Assembly: GCA_000388065.2 (NCBI GenBank)
Contig: KB932208.1
Direction: 5' to 3' (one strand)
Source: Fonticula alba ATCC 38817
Lineage: Eukaryota; Protista; Nucleariida
DNA length: 64,000 nucleotides
The first letter of the stretch is position 1; each line of letters begins with the position of its first letter. The translations under genes and the position numbers were made by a program. Positions 34,206 through 45,049 of this stretch are shown one piece after another. The notes under the pieces are model-generated. The model had not been told where the DNA came from and made no database searches. It was given only the letters and a program-made list of their open reading frames with translations.

Positions 34206-34330
34206 ACTGGGAAACTTGGCGAAGGGAGGACAGGAGGCAGGGGGAGATGGAAGCGCGGAGGGGGACGGGGTCGGCGAAAGGGAACTGCAGTGTGTGCGTG
34301 TGTATGAGGGGGGGATGGGGAGGAGTGTGT

Positions 34331-34332
<2 letters not shown>

Positions 34333-34413
<81 letters not shown>
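34333..34413. repeat. Poly-G homopolymer (81 nt) between divergent genes
   Basis: Uninterrupted G run between ATG 34205 (-) and ATG 34856 (+). Confidence 0.9.
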
Positions 34414-34414
<1 letters not shown>

Positions 34415-34855
34415 ACTCTTGGCCACCGGTGCGCGCGCGCACACACACACATATGCAGCCGGGTGGCTTTTCTCCGCCCCCGATGGGCCGATCGTTGGCA
34501 CTCAGCGCCACGTGCCATGCCCCTGGCCGACAGCCGGGCGGCTTTTCCAATCGGCCGGGAGATCTCCACTCGGGGTGCGCCAGGGCGGGGCCATCACCAC
34601 ACCGCCAGGGAGCCTGCCGATTGGGCGTGGTGCCTGCCGCTCGCTTTTGCTCGTTTCCTCCCTCGGGACGACGTATGTCGGGATGCACGCCGCCGGGCCG
34701 GCGGGGCTCCCAGGCACCCGCCTCCACCTCCCCCTCTCCCTTCCGGTCATAGGGTCCCCCTCGCTTCGCCGGTTTGTCGCCCCCCTTCCGCCCCTGTTTG
34801 TTTCTCTCTCTCTCTCTCTCTCCCTCTCTCCATCCCCCTTCTCCTGCCGATTACC

Positions 34856-35829
34856 ATGGCCAAGGACACCTCCTCATCGCCGGCGAAAGCCGACCGGAAG
34901 TCGCGCGACCGCTCGTCCAAGCGGGCCGAGAAGGCCAAGGACGTCATGGCTGCGGATGAAAGCAAGTCCTCGCGTCGGGCGCTGCGTGATTCCGAGGCGG
35001 TGGCCCTAGAAGCGAGGGCGTCCGAGTCCAAGAGTTCCAGCAAGAAGGACAAGAAGAAGTCCGATGACAAGAAGAAGTCCGATGACAAGAAGGACAAGAA
35101 GTCCGATAAGAAGGACAAGAAGTCCGACAAGGAGAAGTCCGACGCCAAGAAGGACAAGAAGAAGTCCGATGACAAGGAGAAGTCCCACGACAAGAAGGAC
35201 AAGAAGTCCGACGCCAAGAAGGACAAGAAGGCCACGAAGGAGGAAGAGCCCAAGAAGCGCAAGCGCTCCGATGAGGACTCCACCCCGGCCCCGGCCCCGG
35301 CCCCGGCTCCGGCCCCGGCCCCGGCCCTCGACCGGAGCATGCTCGTCGGCATGTCGGCCGCCGAGAAGCGCAAGCTCCTGTGGGCCAACCGCAAGCCCGC
35401 CGCCGGTGCCGCCAGCGCCGCCGCCGCCGCCAGCAGCCCCGCCACCCCCGTACGTCGCGTGTCCGCTCGCGCCCTCTTCCTCTCTTCCGCTTGCTCCCCC
35501 CCCCCCCTCCATCTCCATTGGTCTGCGCGGGTGCCCATCCGAGCATGTCCCGCCTCGCACACTTACCACCGTCTCCTCCCCCGCATTTGCCCTCCGATCA
35601 GAAGAATGCCTGGAACTCCGCGCACCTGGGCACCGGCGAGCGCACCGCCAAGTTCCTCAAACTCATGGGCGCCGGTGATGCGGCCGCCAAGAAGGCCGCC
35701 GAGGGGGGCGGCGGCTCGCGCCGCAGCGCCGCCCACCAGGCCGACATTCTCCGCGACCTCGAGGACCAATACGAAGCCGGTCGGAAGTTCACCTACTCCG
35801 GGTCAAAGTCCCTCGGCCTCGGCAACTGA
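34856..35829 (+). CDS. Lys/Asp-rich protein with C-terminal SMAP (RSRC2-like) domain, 2 exons
   Basis: Exons 34856-35449 and 35602-35829. KKDKKSD tandem repeats (35040-35230), then EKRKLLW...AWNSAHLG...TAKFLKLMG...ILRDLEDQYEAGR...SLGLG, matching the RSRC2/small acidic protein C-terminal pattern. Confidence 0.85.
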
Positions 35830-36034
35830 GCAGGGCGCCCCTCTCCCCCCCCCTCCCCCCTCCCCCCTCCCGCCCCGGGGCAGCCCCCCTCGGACGTGCC
35901 CTACTGTTGACCGAAAAAAATAAAACACCCCCTGCTGCGCACGCGCCCTGGGGGCGTCCATTCCTTGAGCGTGTATTTCGGCTCCCCTCTGGGCTCGCTC
36001 TGCTCGGGCCTTTCAGCGCGGCCGGCCCCTCACC

Positions 36035-39000
36035 TTAGAGCTTTGTCCTGCCGGCCACCGTGCCGGTGGCGAAATAGTGCATCGCCCGGTAGATGTCCCC
36101 GTCGAATCTGGCACACCATCGAAGGGGTCACCCGCCCACACCCGGTCAGTCCTCAGACAGACTCATGCGTTGTTTTTTGTCCCCCCCCCCCTCTCGACCG
36201 TCCCTCGGACCGTGGCCGCTCCCCCCTCGCCCCGGGTATTGCCAGGAAAAAAAAAAGGCCCAAACCGACCGGGCCCCCGGCCCGTGGGCATCCGCGCACC
36301 GGCCAATGCAGCTGCCCAGCTCCTCATCCGAGTAGTCCCAGGCATCGGCCAGGGTCAGCAAATCCGGGGCCACATCCTCGGCCAGGGTCGCCAGGGCAAT
36401 CGGCGCCTCGGCCAGCAGCGCCCCCCAGGCCAGGGTATTCTCAACCTGCAGGGCCTCTGTCCAGGCGGCCGACTCGCCAAGGTCCCGGCTGTCCAGCTGC
36501 GCGGCCGGGGCCCGGTCATGCTGCGGCCAGTGGCAGTAGAAGATGTCACGCAGCCGGCACAGCCGCTGTGCCATCACCCACAGGGACGCCTCCTTGCCGG
36601 TGTCGACCGCCGGGACCCCGAGTGCGGCGTAGCGCTCCAGCAGCGCCTCGATGGCCCGCTGCATGGTGCCCAGCAGGAGGTAGTTGGCGTGGCCGCGGGC
36701 GGCGGCCACCCCGAAGATCCCGGCCTTGGATAGGGCCTCGGAGACTGGTTCAAGTGCCGGTCGGCGCATTTCCCCTTGGTCAATCACAGCGCGCACGGTG
36801 GTGGCCGGCGGTGGCATCGGAAGGGCGACAGAGGGCCGGCGAAGGCCAGAAAGAGAGAGAGAAAGAGAGGCAGGAAGAAGGGGAGAAAGGAAATGCACAA
36901 TGCACATCGCGGAGCGCCCGGCACACGTACAACCCATGCCGGCCAGGAGGTGGTCACGGACCACGTGCGCCAGGCGCAGCGTCTGCCGGTGACACATCCA
37001 GCCCATGGCGGCCACCTGGTGCTTGCCGCGCTTGACGTCCGCCCGCAAGGCCGCCTCGGTGACCGGGGCCCCGGGCGCCGGCAGCCGGGCAAACATGCGC
37101 CCCTCGTCGGCCTCGGCCAGGGTCTGCCGCAGGCTTCGGGCATCGATGTGCAGGTAGTCCACCACCGACCGGCCGCCCTGGGCAACGCGGCCAACCTCCT
37201 GCACCAGGAAGCGCGCCGCCTGCAAATCGAGGACCACATTATCACCCTGGACGGCGCGTGCGAGGCGGGCACACCGGCATCAGTCGTCGGCCTGCCTGGC
37301 TATGCGCCGGCGATCGCGGGGCACGCCGGGGCGGGCAGTGGATCGGCCGCATGCGCGAGGACCCCCCCCCCCCACACACACACACCCTGTCGCCTGGACA
37401 TCGGCACGACCGCGAGAGCATCGGAGGGCGCAAGAGCAACAAAAGGCACACAAACACACATACACACACACACACACACGTTGGCGCCGAGAAGGGGCCC
37501 CCATGCAAGCACATGCCCCCCCCCCTCCCTCCTCCCCCGCCGCTGATCGCCGGATGCCTGCCCCCGCCCATCGCCGTGGTGGCGCACCTCGAAGACAAGC
37601 GCCGCGCTGGCCTCCTGGCTGAGGCGCGTCAGGCCGCTGTAGTCGGCGAAGCCGTGGCCGCCGCAGTGCCGCTGACACACGCGCACCCCCTCCAGGGCCA
37701 GCCGAGTGCCGGCCGACTTCAGCAGGCACGAGTTCACATGGACCAGGTGCCCCAGGCGCACGGTCTGCTGTTCGGGATCGCCATCCGCACCGGGCCCCGG
37801 CTCCATGCCCGGGCGGCCGCCAAACTGCTGGCCCACCCACTGCTCGGCCATCAGGCGCGACTCGACCGACCCCATGAAAAGGGCATAGGCGGTGGCCATC
37901 GTCTCGGCCAGGACCTGCCGCTGCAGCGGGTAGTCCGCGATGGCGTTCTCCCGGCGTCCGGGGCCATGGGCCGTCTGCCGGCGGACTGGCACGCCCCCCC
38001 CCCCCCCCCAGGCCCGGGTAAATAGTTGTAGCCGCGCATGCACATGCACATGTGGGCCCGCACTTGAAGGGTCAGTCATCGTCCGGGACACATTGCGACG
38101 GCGGCCCTCCCGCCGGCCGGGCGTGCGGCGCTCTGCCGGCGCAAAAGACGACACAAAGATGGGCAGGGAAAGTGGCGCCCTCGCGGCTGGCCTCGCGGCC
38201 CCATGGCCGCCTGGCCCAGCGGCCCCCGGGCCCGGGGGTTGACGCACCGGTGGAAAACCGCACCGCAATGGTGACCGCCTTCGACAGGTGGAAGGTGCTC
38301 AGGGCAATCAGCCCCGACCGGGCCAGGGTCATGGCCAGCGCCTCCAGCCGGGCGCTGTTGCCACGCCGGCCAAAGGCCCCGGTGCTCGGGTCCACCTGGC
38401 CGCTGGTCGGCAGAAGCGCCCCGTGCGGCACGCGCACATTGTCTGCCCACGCGCCGGCATGGTCAGCACCCTGGGGGCAGGTGGCCGCGCGAAGGGCAGC
38501 CACGGCGGGCGGGGGTGGAGAGAAAAGAAAGGCCAACGCAGCAGAAGGCCGAGCGCAGGTAGCCGCCCCTGTCCCTCGCCCGCTCTGCGCGGCGCCGGCC
38601 CCGCCGCCCCCCGCGGTCGCGCACCTAGCGCCATATACCCGTTGTCCGTGTCATTGAGGCCGGCCTTCGGGCCCAGATCGCCCACGCGGAACCCCGGCAA
38701 CGGGCGCCGGGTGACCGGGTCCCGGAAGTGCACCAGGAACAGCTGCGGGCCGCGGTCGACCAGGCCGACGTCCGGCAGGCGCCGGTCGGCCCCGGCCGGC
38801 GGGGCCTCCGCCCCCGGGGCAAACAGCCGCGCCACCAGGATACAGTGCGTGGCCGTGCTCCCGAGCCCACTGCCAGGGGCGTGGCCCCGCGCATGCAATG
38901 GGCGTGTGTGCGTGTGCGTGTGCGTGTGTGTGTGTGAGTTTCCGCGCATGCGCGCGCGCGGCCCAGTGCGCCGGGCCGGGACGCGTGCCCGCGCCCGGGC

Positions 39001-40271
39001 CCCCGGCCGGCAACAGTCCCCCCTCCCCCCCCCCCTGCCCCCCCGCGATCGCGGCGAAATGCCCCGACACCGCAAGAACAGGCCCAAGCCGGCGACAGGG
39101 ACTCTCGGCACACACACGGCCCCGGGCCCACGCACCCAGGCCACCACTTGGTCGCCGTGGCGGTCGGCGTGTGGAGAATGAACTCGCCGGACTGCCGGTC
39201 GAAGATGGCCGTGGTCTCCATCCCCCGGACGGCGGTCCCATGGCCGAGCTCCGTCTGGGCCAGGGCCCCGGCCACCCGCGGCATGCCGGCCTTGCGCAGG
39301 GCCCGCAGCAGGCCCCCCATGGAGGTCTGCGCCTCGCGCAGTTCGCCCAGCGTGGCGGCCCCGGGGAGGGCCGGGCTGCGGGCCCCGGGCCCGGGCCCGG
39401 CCGGCAGCGAGGCGGTGTGCCGGGTCCCGGCCACGGCAGCCAGCAGCCGGTACTCGGCCGCCAGGCGAGCGCGCTCCTGCTCGTCGTCGGCCCGGAGCCC
39501 GGCCAGGAGGCGCTCGCGCTCGGCCGGCGCGCACAGCAAGCCGCACGTCTCCAAGAACAGCAGCATGTGCATCTGCACCGAGGAGGAGCTGCCCAGCAGC
39601 AGCCGCGCATACGACGCATCCTCCAGCGTGCAGAAGCCATATGCCCGGACGACGCTCATCAGCCGGCGCTGGATGAGGAAGTGCAAGTCCACCATGTCCC
39701 GGCGGCCGCCCGGCAGCCCGGCCTCGGCCAGGTGCTCGAGCCGAAAGCGCGACTTGAGGAAGGCCCGGATCAGCGGGTCGGCCATGACCACCCGGCGCAG
39801 GCGCCGGCGATGCTCGCTGGCCGGCAGCAGGTCCGCCAGGAAGCGCGACCCGGCCTCCAGGTCGCCGGCGTCGGCCGGGCCGCTGGGCGCCACCCGGGCC
39901 AGCATCCCGGTCTCCGGGCCCAGCGCCGCGGCCGGGTCGAAGGGCACCCCGGTCAGCGGCCGCGCCACCGTGCCCAAGTGCCCGGCCATCGGCGGCCGGC
40001 TCCGGCGCCAAAGCTCCGCCCGCATGCCATCCATGTAGAGGGTGAGGTCGGCGCTGCGGAAGCGCCCCCGGCGCCGGGCCGCGTGCATGTCCTCCCGCGG
40101 GTCGGTCCCATACGAGGGGGACACCTTGAGCATGGCCGACAGGGCCTCGGTCTGCAGGCGCAGGGCCTGGTCATTGGCGCGCACCCGGCTCCCATTGGGG
40201 ACCGGTGCGCGGACCACCTCCGGCAGTTGGGTGCCCGGCGTGTGCGCCTCGGCCGTCTTGCTCACGGTCAT
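36035..40271 (-). CDS. ACOX: Peroxisomal acyl-CoA oxidase
   Basis: Motifs AQTELGHGTAVRGMETTAIFD..EFILHTP...KWWPG, GDLGPKAG..DNGY, AVTIAVRFS, DYPLQRQ, CGGHGF, catalytic FE|GDNVV across an intron, and last exon RFDGDIY...GRTKL* (stop 36035-36037). Confidence 0.92.
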
Positions 40272-40276
40272 GGCTT

Positions 40277-40292
40277 TGGGCGGGGGGCTGTC

Positions 40293-40330
<38 letters not shown>
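40277..40330. repeat. (TG)n/(CA)n microsatellite just upstream of the ACOX start codon
   Basis: Long TG run on +, ending shortly before ATG 40271 on -. Confidence 0.85.
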
Positions 40331-40352
<22 letters not shown>

Positions 40353-41619
40353 TGTGCGTGTGCTTGTGCGTGTGCTTGTTTACGGCGCTGGGCAAGAGGA
40401 AGCTCAGACAGAGGAGGCGAGGGGCGGACAGAGAGAGAGAGAGAGAGCGAGAGAGAAAGAACGGAGGCAACCGGCAGGTTCCCTAGCGTGGTGTGTCTGC
40501 CGTGTGGCCTGGCCCACGTTCCACCAGGCAGCCCGCCCATCAAGGGACGTTTCGCCCGGGACCGGGGGGAGGGAGGCAAGATCCGCAAGACACAGCCGAC
40601 ACACATCCCCCCCCCCCCGGGTGCACGTCGGGGGCCAGCGCCCTTTGGGAGTTGCGCCCCCGTTGACACCCAAGAACCCGCGACACTACTCGGGGCGGGC
40701 CGCGCTCCTGGCCTTGTCCTGCGACCCCAGCCAGGGCGCCTGGCTTGCGGTCCCACAGACGTGTAGGAAGACCGGGCGCGGGGGAGGCCCTCGCCAGGAG
40801 AGGGGGGCTGGGCGCCTGGTTCTCGCGTCGCCAGGGTTGCCCACAATCTGCTCGCTGTCCGGCCCACAATGCGGCGCCTCCCGCACGGAATTCCCCCCGG
40901 CCCGACATTTGACGCATCGACGCGCCCCCCGGCCCGGACGTCCGAGGCCTTAATTGTGCCCCATTCAGTTACACCCGGCTGTGCCCGCCGGCCGGCCGGG
41001 GCCTTGTGCTGTCGGATCGCGGGCGCGCCTGCACGAGGCGATCCCATGGAACCGTGATACCCCCTCACGTGCCACACTCCAGAACCCGCCCGGCCCAGCC
41101 GGCCGACTGACACACCCGGGGCACACACACTCGCACCACACAGATGCCCCGGGCGGTGTGAAAGGGACACCCCCTTGTTCCGTGTGTGCGTATGTGCGTG
41201 TGTGTGTGTGTGTGTGGGCGGGCGGGCGGCCGGCCGGCGGGCGGGCGGGCGTGTCCCGACGGCAGGTGGCCCAGGGCAGACGACAGAGCCCCCATCGGGG
41301 GATAGCGCCCGCCGGGCCGCCCCCTGCGCGGGGCTTTTCCGGTCCCCGGCTCGGCTAACCCGAGGGGATGACCCGCGCAGCTGGGGGGCATGAGGCGATG
41401 CCGCGACGACTCCCAGTCACCGCATCCCCCCTTAGCCAGCGGGGAGGATACGCTGGTCAGCCTCCCCCAGGGGGGGGGGGGGGGGGGCCGGCGCTCGGGT
41501 GAAGGGCACCCCCGGTGGCTGCCGCGCCGCTCCGGACCCTCCACAGTCACCTGGCCCTTCCACACGCCCTCTCCCTCGCCCCCCCTCCCCCCCCACCCCC
41601 TTGTCGCCCTTCCGCCACC

Positions 41620-43694
41620 ATGCTCTCCCGCTCCGCCACCAGCATTGCCGCCGCCGCCGTGCGCGCTGCCGGCCGCCCGGCCGCCAGCCGTGCCCTCGGC
41701 ACCTCGGCCTGGGCCAACCTGAACCTCGTCGCGCCGGACAGCGTGCAGGAGCCCCTGTCGCTCTTCCACCTGACCGAGTCCGAGCAGATGATCCGCGACT
41801 CGACTCGGCGCTTCGCCCAGGACGTCATCAAGCCCCTGGTGTCGGAGATGGACGAGCAGTCGACCCTGAGCCCGACGGTTCTGTCGGGCCTCTTCGAGCT
41901 TGGCGTGCGTCCACCGCCACCCGCCGTGCCCCGGCCCGCCCGGCGATCGGCCGCCCGCTGGTGTTCTTCTTCTTTTTTTCTTCTCTCTCTCTCTGACCCC
42001 CACTGTCATNNNNNNNNNNNNNNNNNNNNNNNNNNNNNNNNNNNNNNNNNNNNNNNNNNNNNNNNNNNNNNNNNNNNNNNNNNNNNNNNNNNNNNNNNNN
42101 NNNNNNNNNNNNNNNNNNNNNNNNNNNNNNNNNNNNNNNNNNNNNNNNNNNNNNNNNNNNNNNNNNNNNNNNNNNNNNNNNNNNNNNNNNNNNNNNNNNN
42201 NNNNNNNNNNNNNNNNNNNNNNNNNNNNNNNNNNNNNNNNNNNNNNNNNNNNNNNNNNNNNNNNNNNNNNNNNNNNNNNNNNNNNNNNNNNNNNNNNNNN
42301 NNNNNNNNNNNNNNNNNNNNNNNNNNNNNNNNNNNNNNNNNNNNNNNNNNNNNNNNNNNNNNNNNNNNNNNNNNNNNNNNNNNNNNNNNNNNNNNNNNNN
42401 NNNNNNNNNNNNNNNNNNNNNNNNNNNNNNNNNNNNNNNNNNNNNNNNNNNNNNNNNNNNNNNNNNNNNNNNNNNNNNNNNNNNNNNNNNNNNNNNNNNN
42501 NNNNNNNNNNNNNNNNNNNNNNNNNNNNNNNNNNNNNNNNNNNNNNNNNNNNNNNNNNNNNNNNNNNNNNNNNNNNNNNNNNNNNNNNNNNNNNNNNNNN
42601 NNNNNNNNNNNNNNNNNNNNNNNNNNNNNNNNNNNNNNNNNNNNNNNNNNNNNNNNNNNNNNNNNNNNNNNNNNNNNNNNNNNNNNNNNNNNNNNNNNNN
42701 NNNNNNNNNNNNNNNNNNNNNNNNNNNNNNNNNNNNNNNNNNNNNNNNNNNCCCCCCGCGCGCGACCCTGTTGCCGAGCCTTCCCGTGGGCTCCCTCCCC
42801 TCCGCTGGCCCCTCGGCCCTCTCCTCCTCCCCTCACACATATCCACGCTGCTCCCTTCCGCCCCCCCCCCCCTTGCCGGCCTGCAGAGCTGGCTCGGATC
42901 GACCCGGCCGTCTCGGTCGTTTGCGATGTCCAGGTACGCCCCTCGCACAGGCACATGCACGCGCGCGCCGGCACCGGCGGCCTCCCGCTCACCTCGCGCG
43001 CCCTCGCGGCCCCGGCGGCCACAGAACACCCTGGTCAACACGGTCTTCCGTAAGTACGCCTCCGAGGACCTGCAGAAGCGCTACCTGCCCCGGCTGGCCA
43101 CCAAGGCCGTCGGCAGCTTCTGCCTGTCGGAGGCCGGCTCCGGCTCGGATGCCTTCGCCCTGCGCACGCGTGCCGTTCCGCAGGACCCGGCCGCCGCGCC
43201 GACCGCCACCAGCTACAGCCTGTCCGGCACCAAGATGTGGATCACCAACGCCGGCGAGGCGGACGTCTTCCTGGTCTTCGCCAACATCAACCCCGAGCTG
43301 GGCTACCGCGGCATCACCTGCTTCGTGGTGGAGCGCGACATGCCGGGCGTGTCGGTCGGCCCGAAGGAGAAGAAGCTCGGCATCCGTGCCTCCTCCACCT
43401 GCCCGGTCATCCTGGAGAATGTCGTGGTACGTGGCCGCGCCCTGGAGGGCGTCTGTCTTCCGTCTCCCCTGCATCCTCCCATGTGTCCTTCCCCCCTCCC
43501 CTTGCGCGCCTCACTGCCCGGCCCTGGTCTCACTGTCCCTGTTGCCCTTTGGCCGTGTCCCCTCGCCGTGTTCTTTTCCTGTGCTCCTTCGCTGCGAACC
43601 TCTCTTGTCTTCCCCCCCCCCCTGCTCCTCTTCACTTGCCCCTCTCCACTTGCCCCCCTCTTCACTCGCCCCTCTTCACTTCCCCCCCCCCCGC

Positions 43695-43733
<39 letters not shown>

Positions 43734-44239
43734 CCTTCCAGGTCCCCCCCGAGAACATCCTCGGCGAGGTCGGCCGCGGGTATAAGATCGCCATCGAGAT
43801 CCTCAACGAGGGCCGCGTCGGCATCGGCGCCCAGATGCTCGGCCTGGCCCAGGGCGCCCTGGATGCCACCATGCCCTACCTGTACGAGCGCAAGCAGTTT
43901 GGCCAGTTCATCGGCGACATGCCCCTCATGCAGGCGCAGTACGCCCAGGCGGCCGTCGAGATCGAGGGCGCCCGCCTGATGGTGTACAACGCGGCCCGCC
44001 TGTGCGAGCGTGGTGCCCCCTTCGTCAAGGAGGCCGCCATCGCCAAGCTCCAGGCCTCCCGCGTGGCCGAGAGCGTGGCCTCCAAGTGCGTGGAGATGGC
44101 CGGCGGCGTTGGCTTCACCCGGGACTTCCCGCTGGAGAAGTTCTACCGCGACGCCAAGATCGGCGCCATCTACGAGGGGACCTCCAACATCCAGCTCACC
44201 ACCATCGCCAAGATCCTGGCCGCCGAGTACAAGCAGTAA
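41620..44239 (+). CDS. ACADSB: Mitochondrial short/branched-chain acyl-CoA dehydrogenase
   Basis: R/A/S-rich presequence [19 protein letters not shown]; [29 protein letters not shown]; [15 protein letters not shown]; GTKMWITN; [10 protein letters not shown]; [12 protein letters not shown]; [14 protein letters not shown]. One or more exons are lost in gap 42010-42751. Confidence 0.93.
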
Positions 44240-45049
44240 AGGCGCTCCCTCGACACCGGCCCCTGCCGGCTGCCCGCTCGGCCGCCGCCCTGGGAAGAAG
44301 AGCACGGCACGGCACGGCCCCCCCCCCCTCCCTCGCCCCGCTTGGATCCGGCCCTCCATCGCCGTGGTCCGCCCGAGCATCCATGCGCAGGCGTGCTCCC
44401 CCCCCCCCCCCCCTCTCCCTCTCTCTCTCGTGCTCCCCGGCCCCCCGCCTCTGAAAGACCATCCTCGGGCCAGGGTCGGAGGGAAGACCGCGGCCGCGCG
44501 GGCATGCTCACGCGCACCGCAACAACAAAAAATAAAACACCGCACACCGCGCCTCCCTCTTTCTCCCATTGCGGCGCGCACATAGGAAGATTAAAAAAAA
44601 AACAGGCATATCCGCGCCGGGCCCTTCACGCCGGCCTTTGCCCAGCCCCCGGCGCACGGCCGGAGGCGCATCCGTGGGCACCTCCTCCACGAGGCGCGCC
44701 CATCAGGCGCGGGCCAGGGATGATGGGAGAGATTGCGGGCCCGGGGCAACGTGGCGGCCGGGCGCCCGAGGGGCGTCCACGACAGCAGGCCCGACGCTAG
44801 AGCGTCCCCCCCCCCCTCGCGGGGCGGCCAGCCCAGGGGGGTGGGCTGCGTGGGAGAGGGGGAATCTCAAGCCAGTTCTTCGGCCGGCTCGGCCGAGCCC
44901 CGAACCCTGGACTGCCGGTACTCCCCTCCATCCTGCTCCCCCCCCTCCCTCCCCCCTCCCCCTCCTGCTCCCTTTGCCCGGCGTTTCTCCTCGCCCCCGT
45001 CACGCTCCCAACGCCTCCCCCCCCCCCTGCCCGCCCACCCCGCGCTGGC

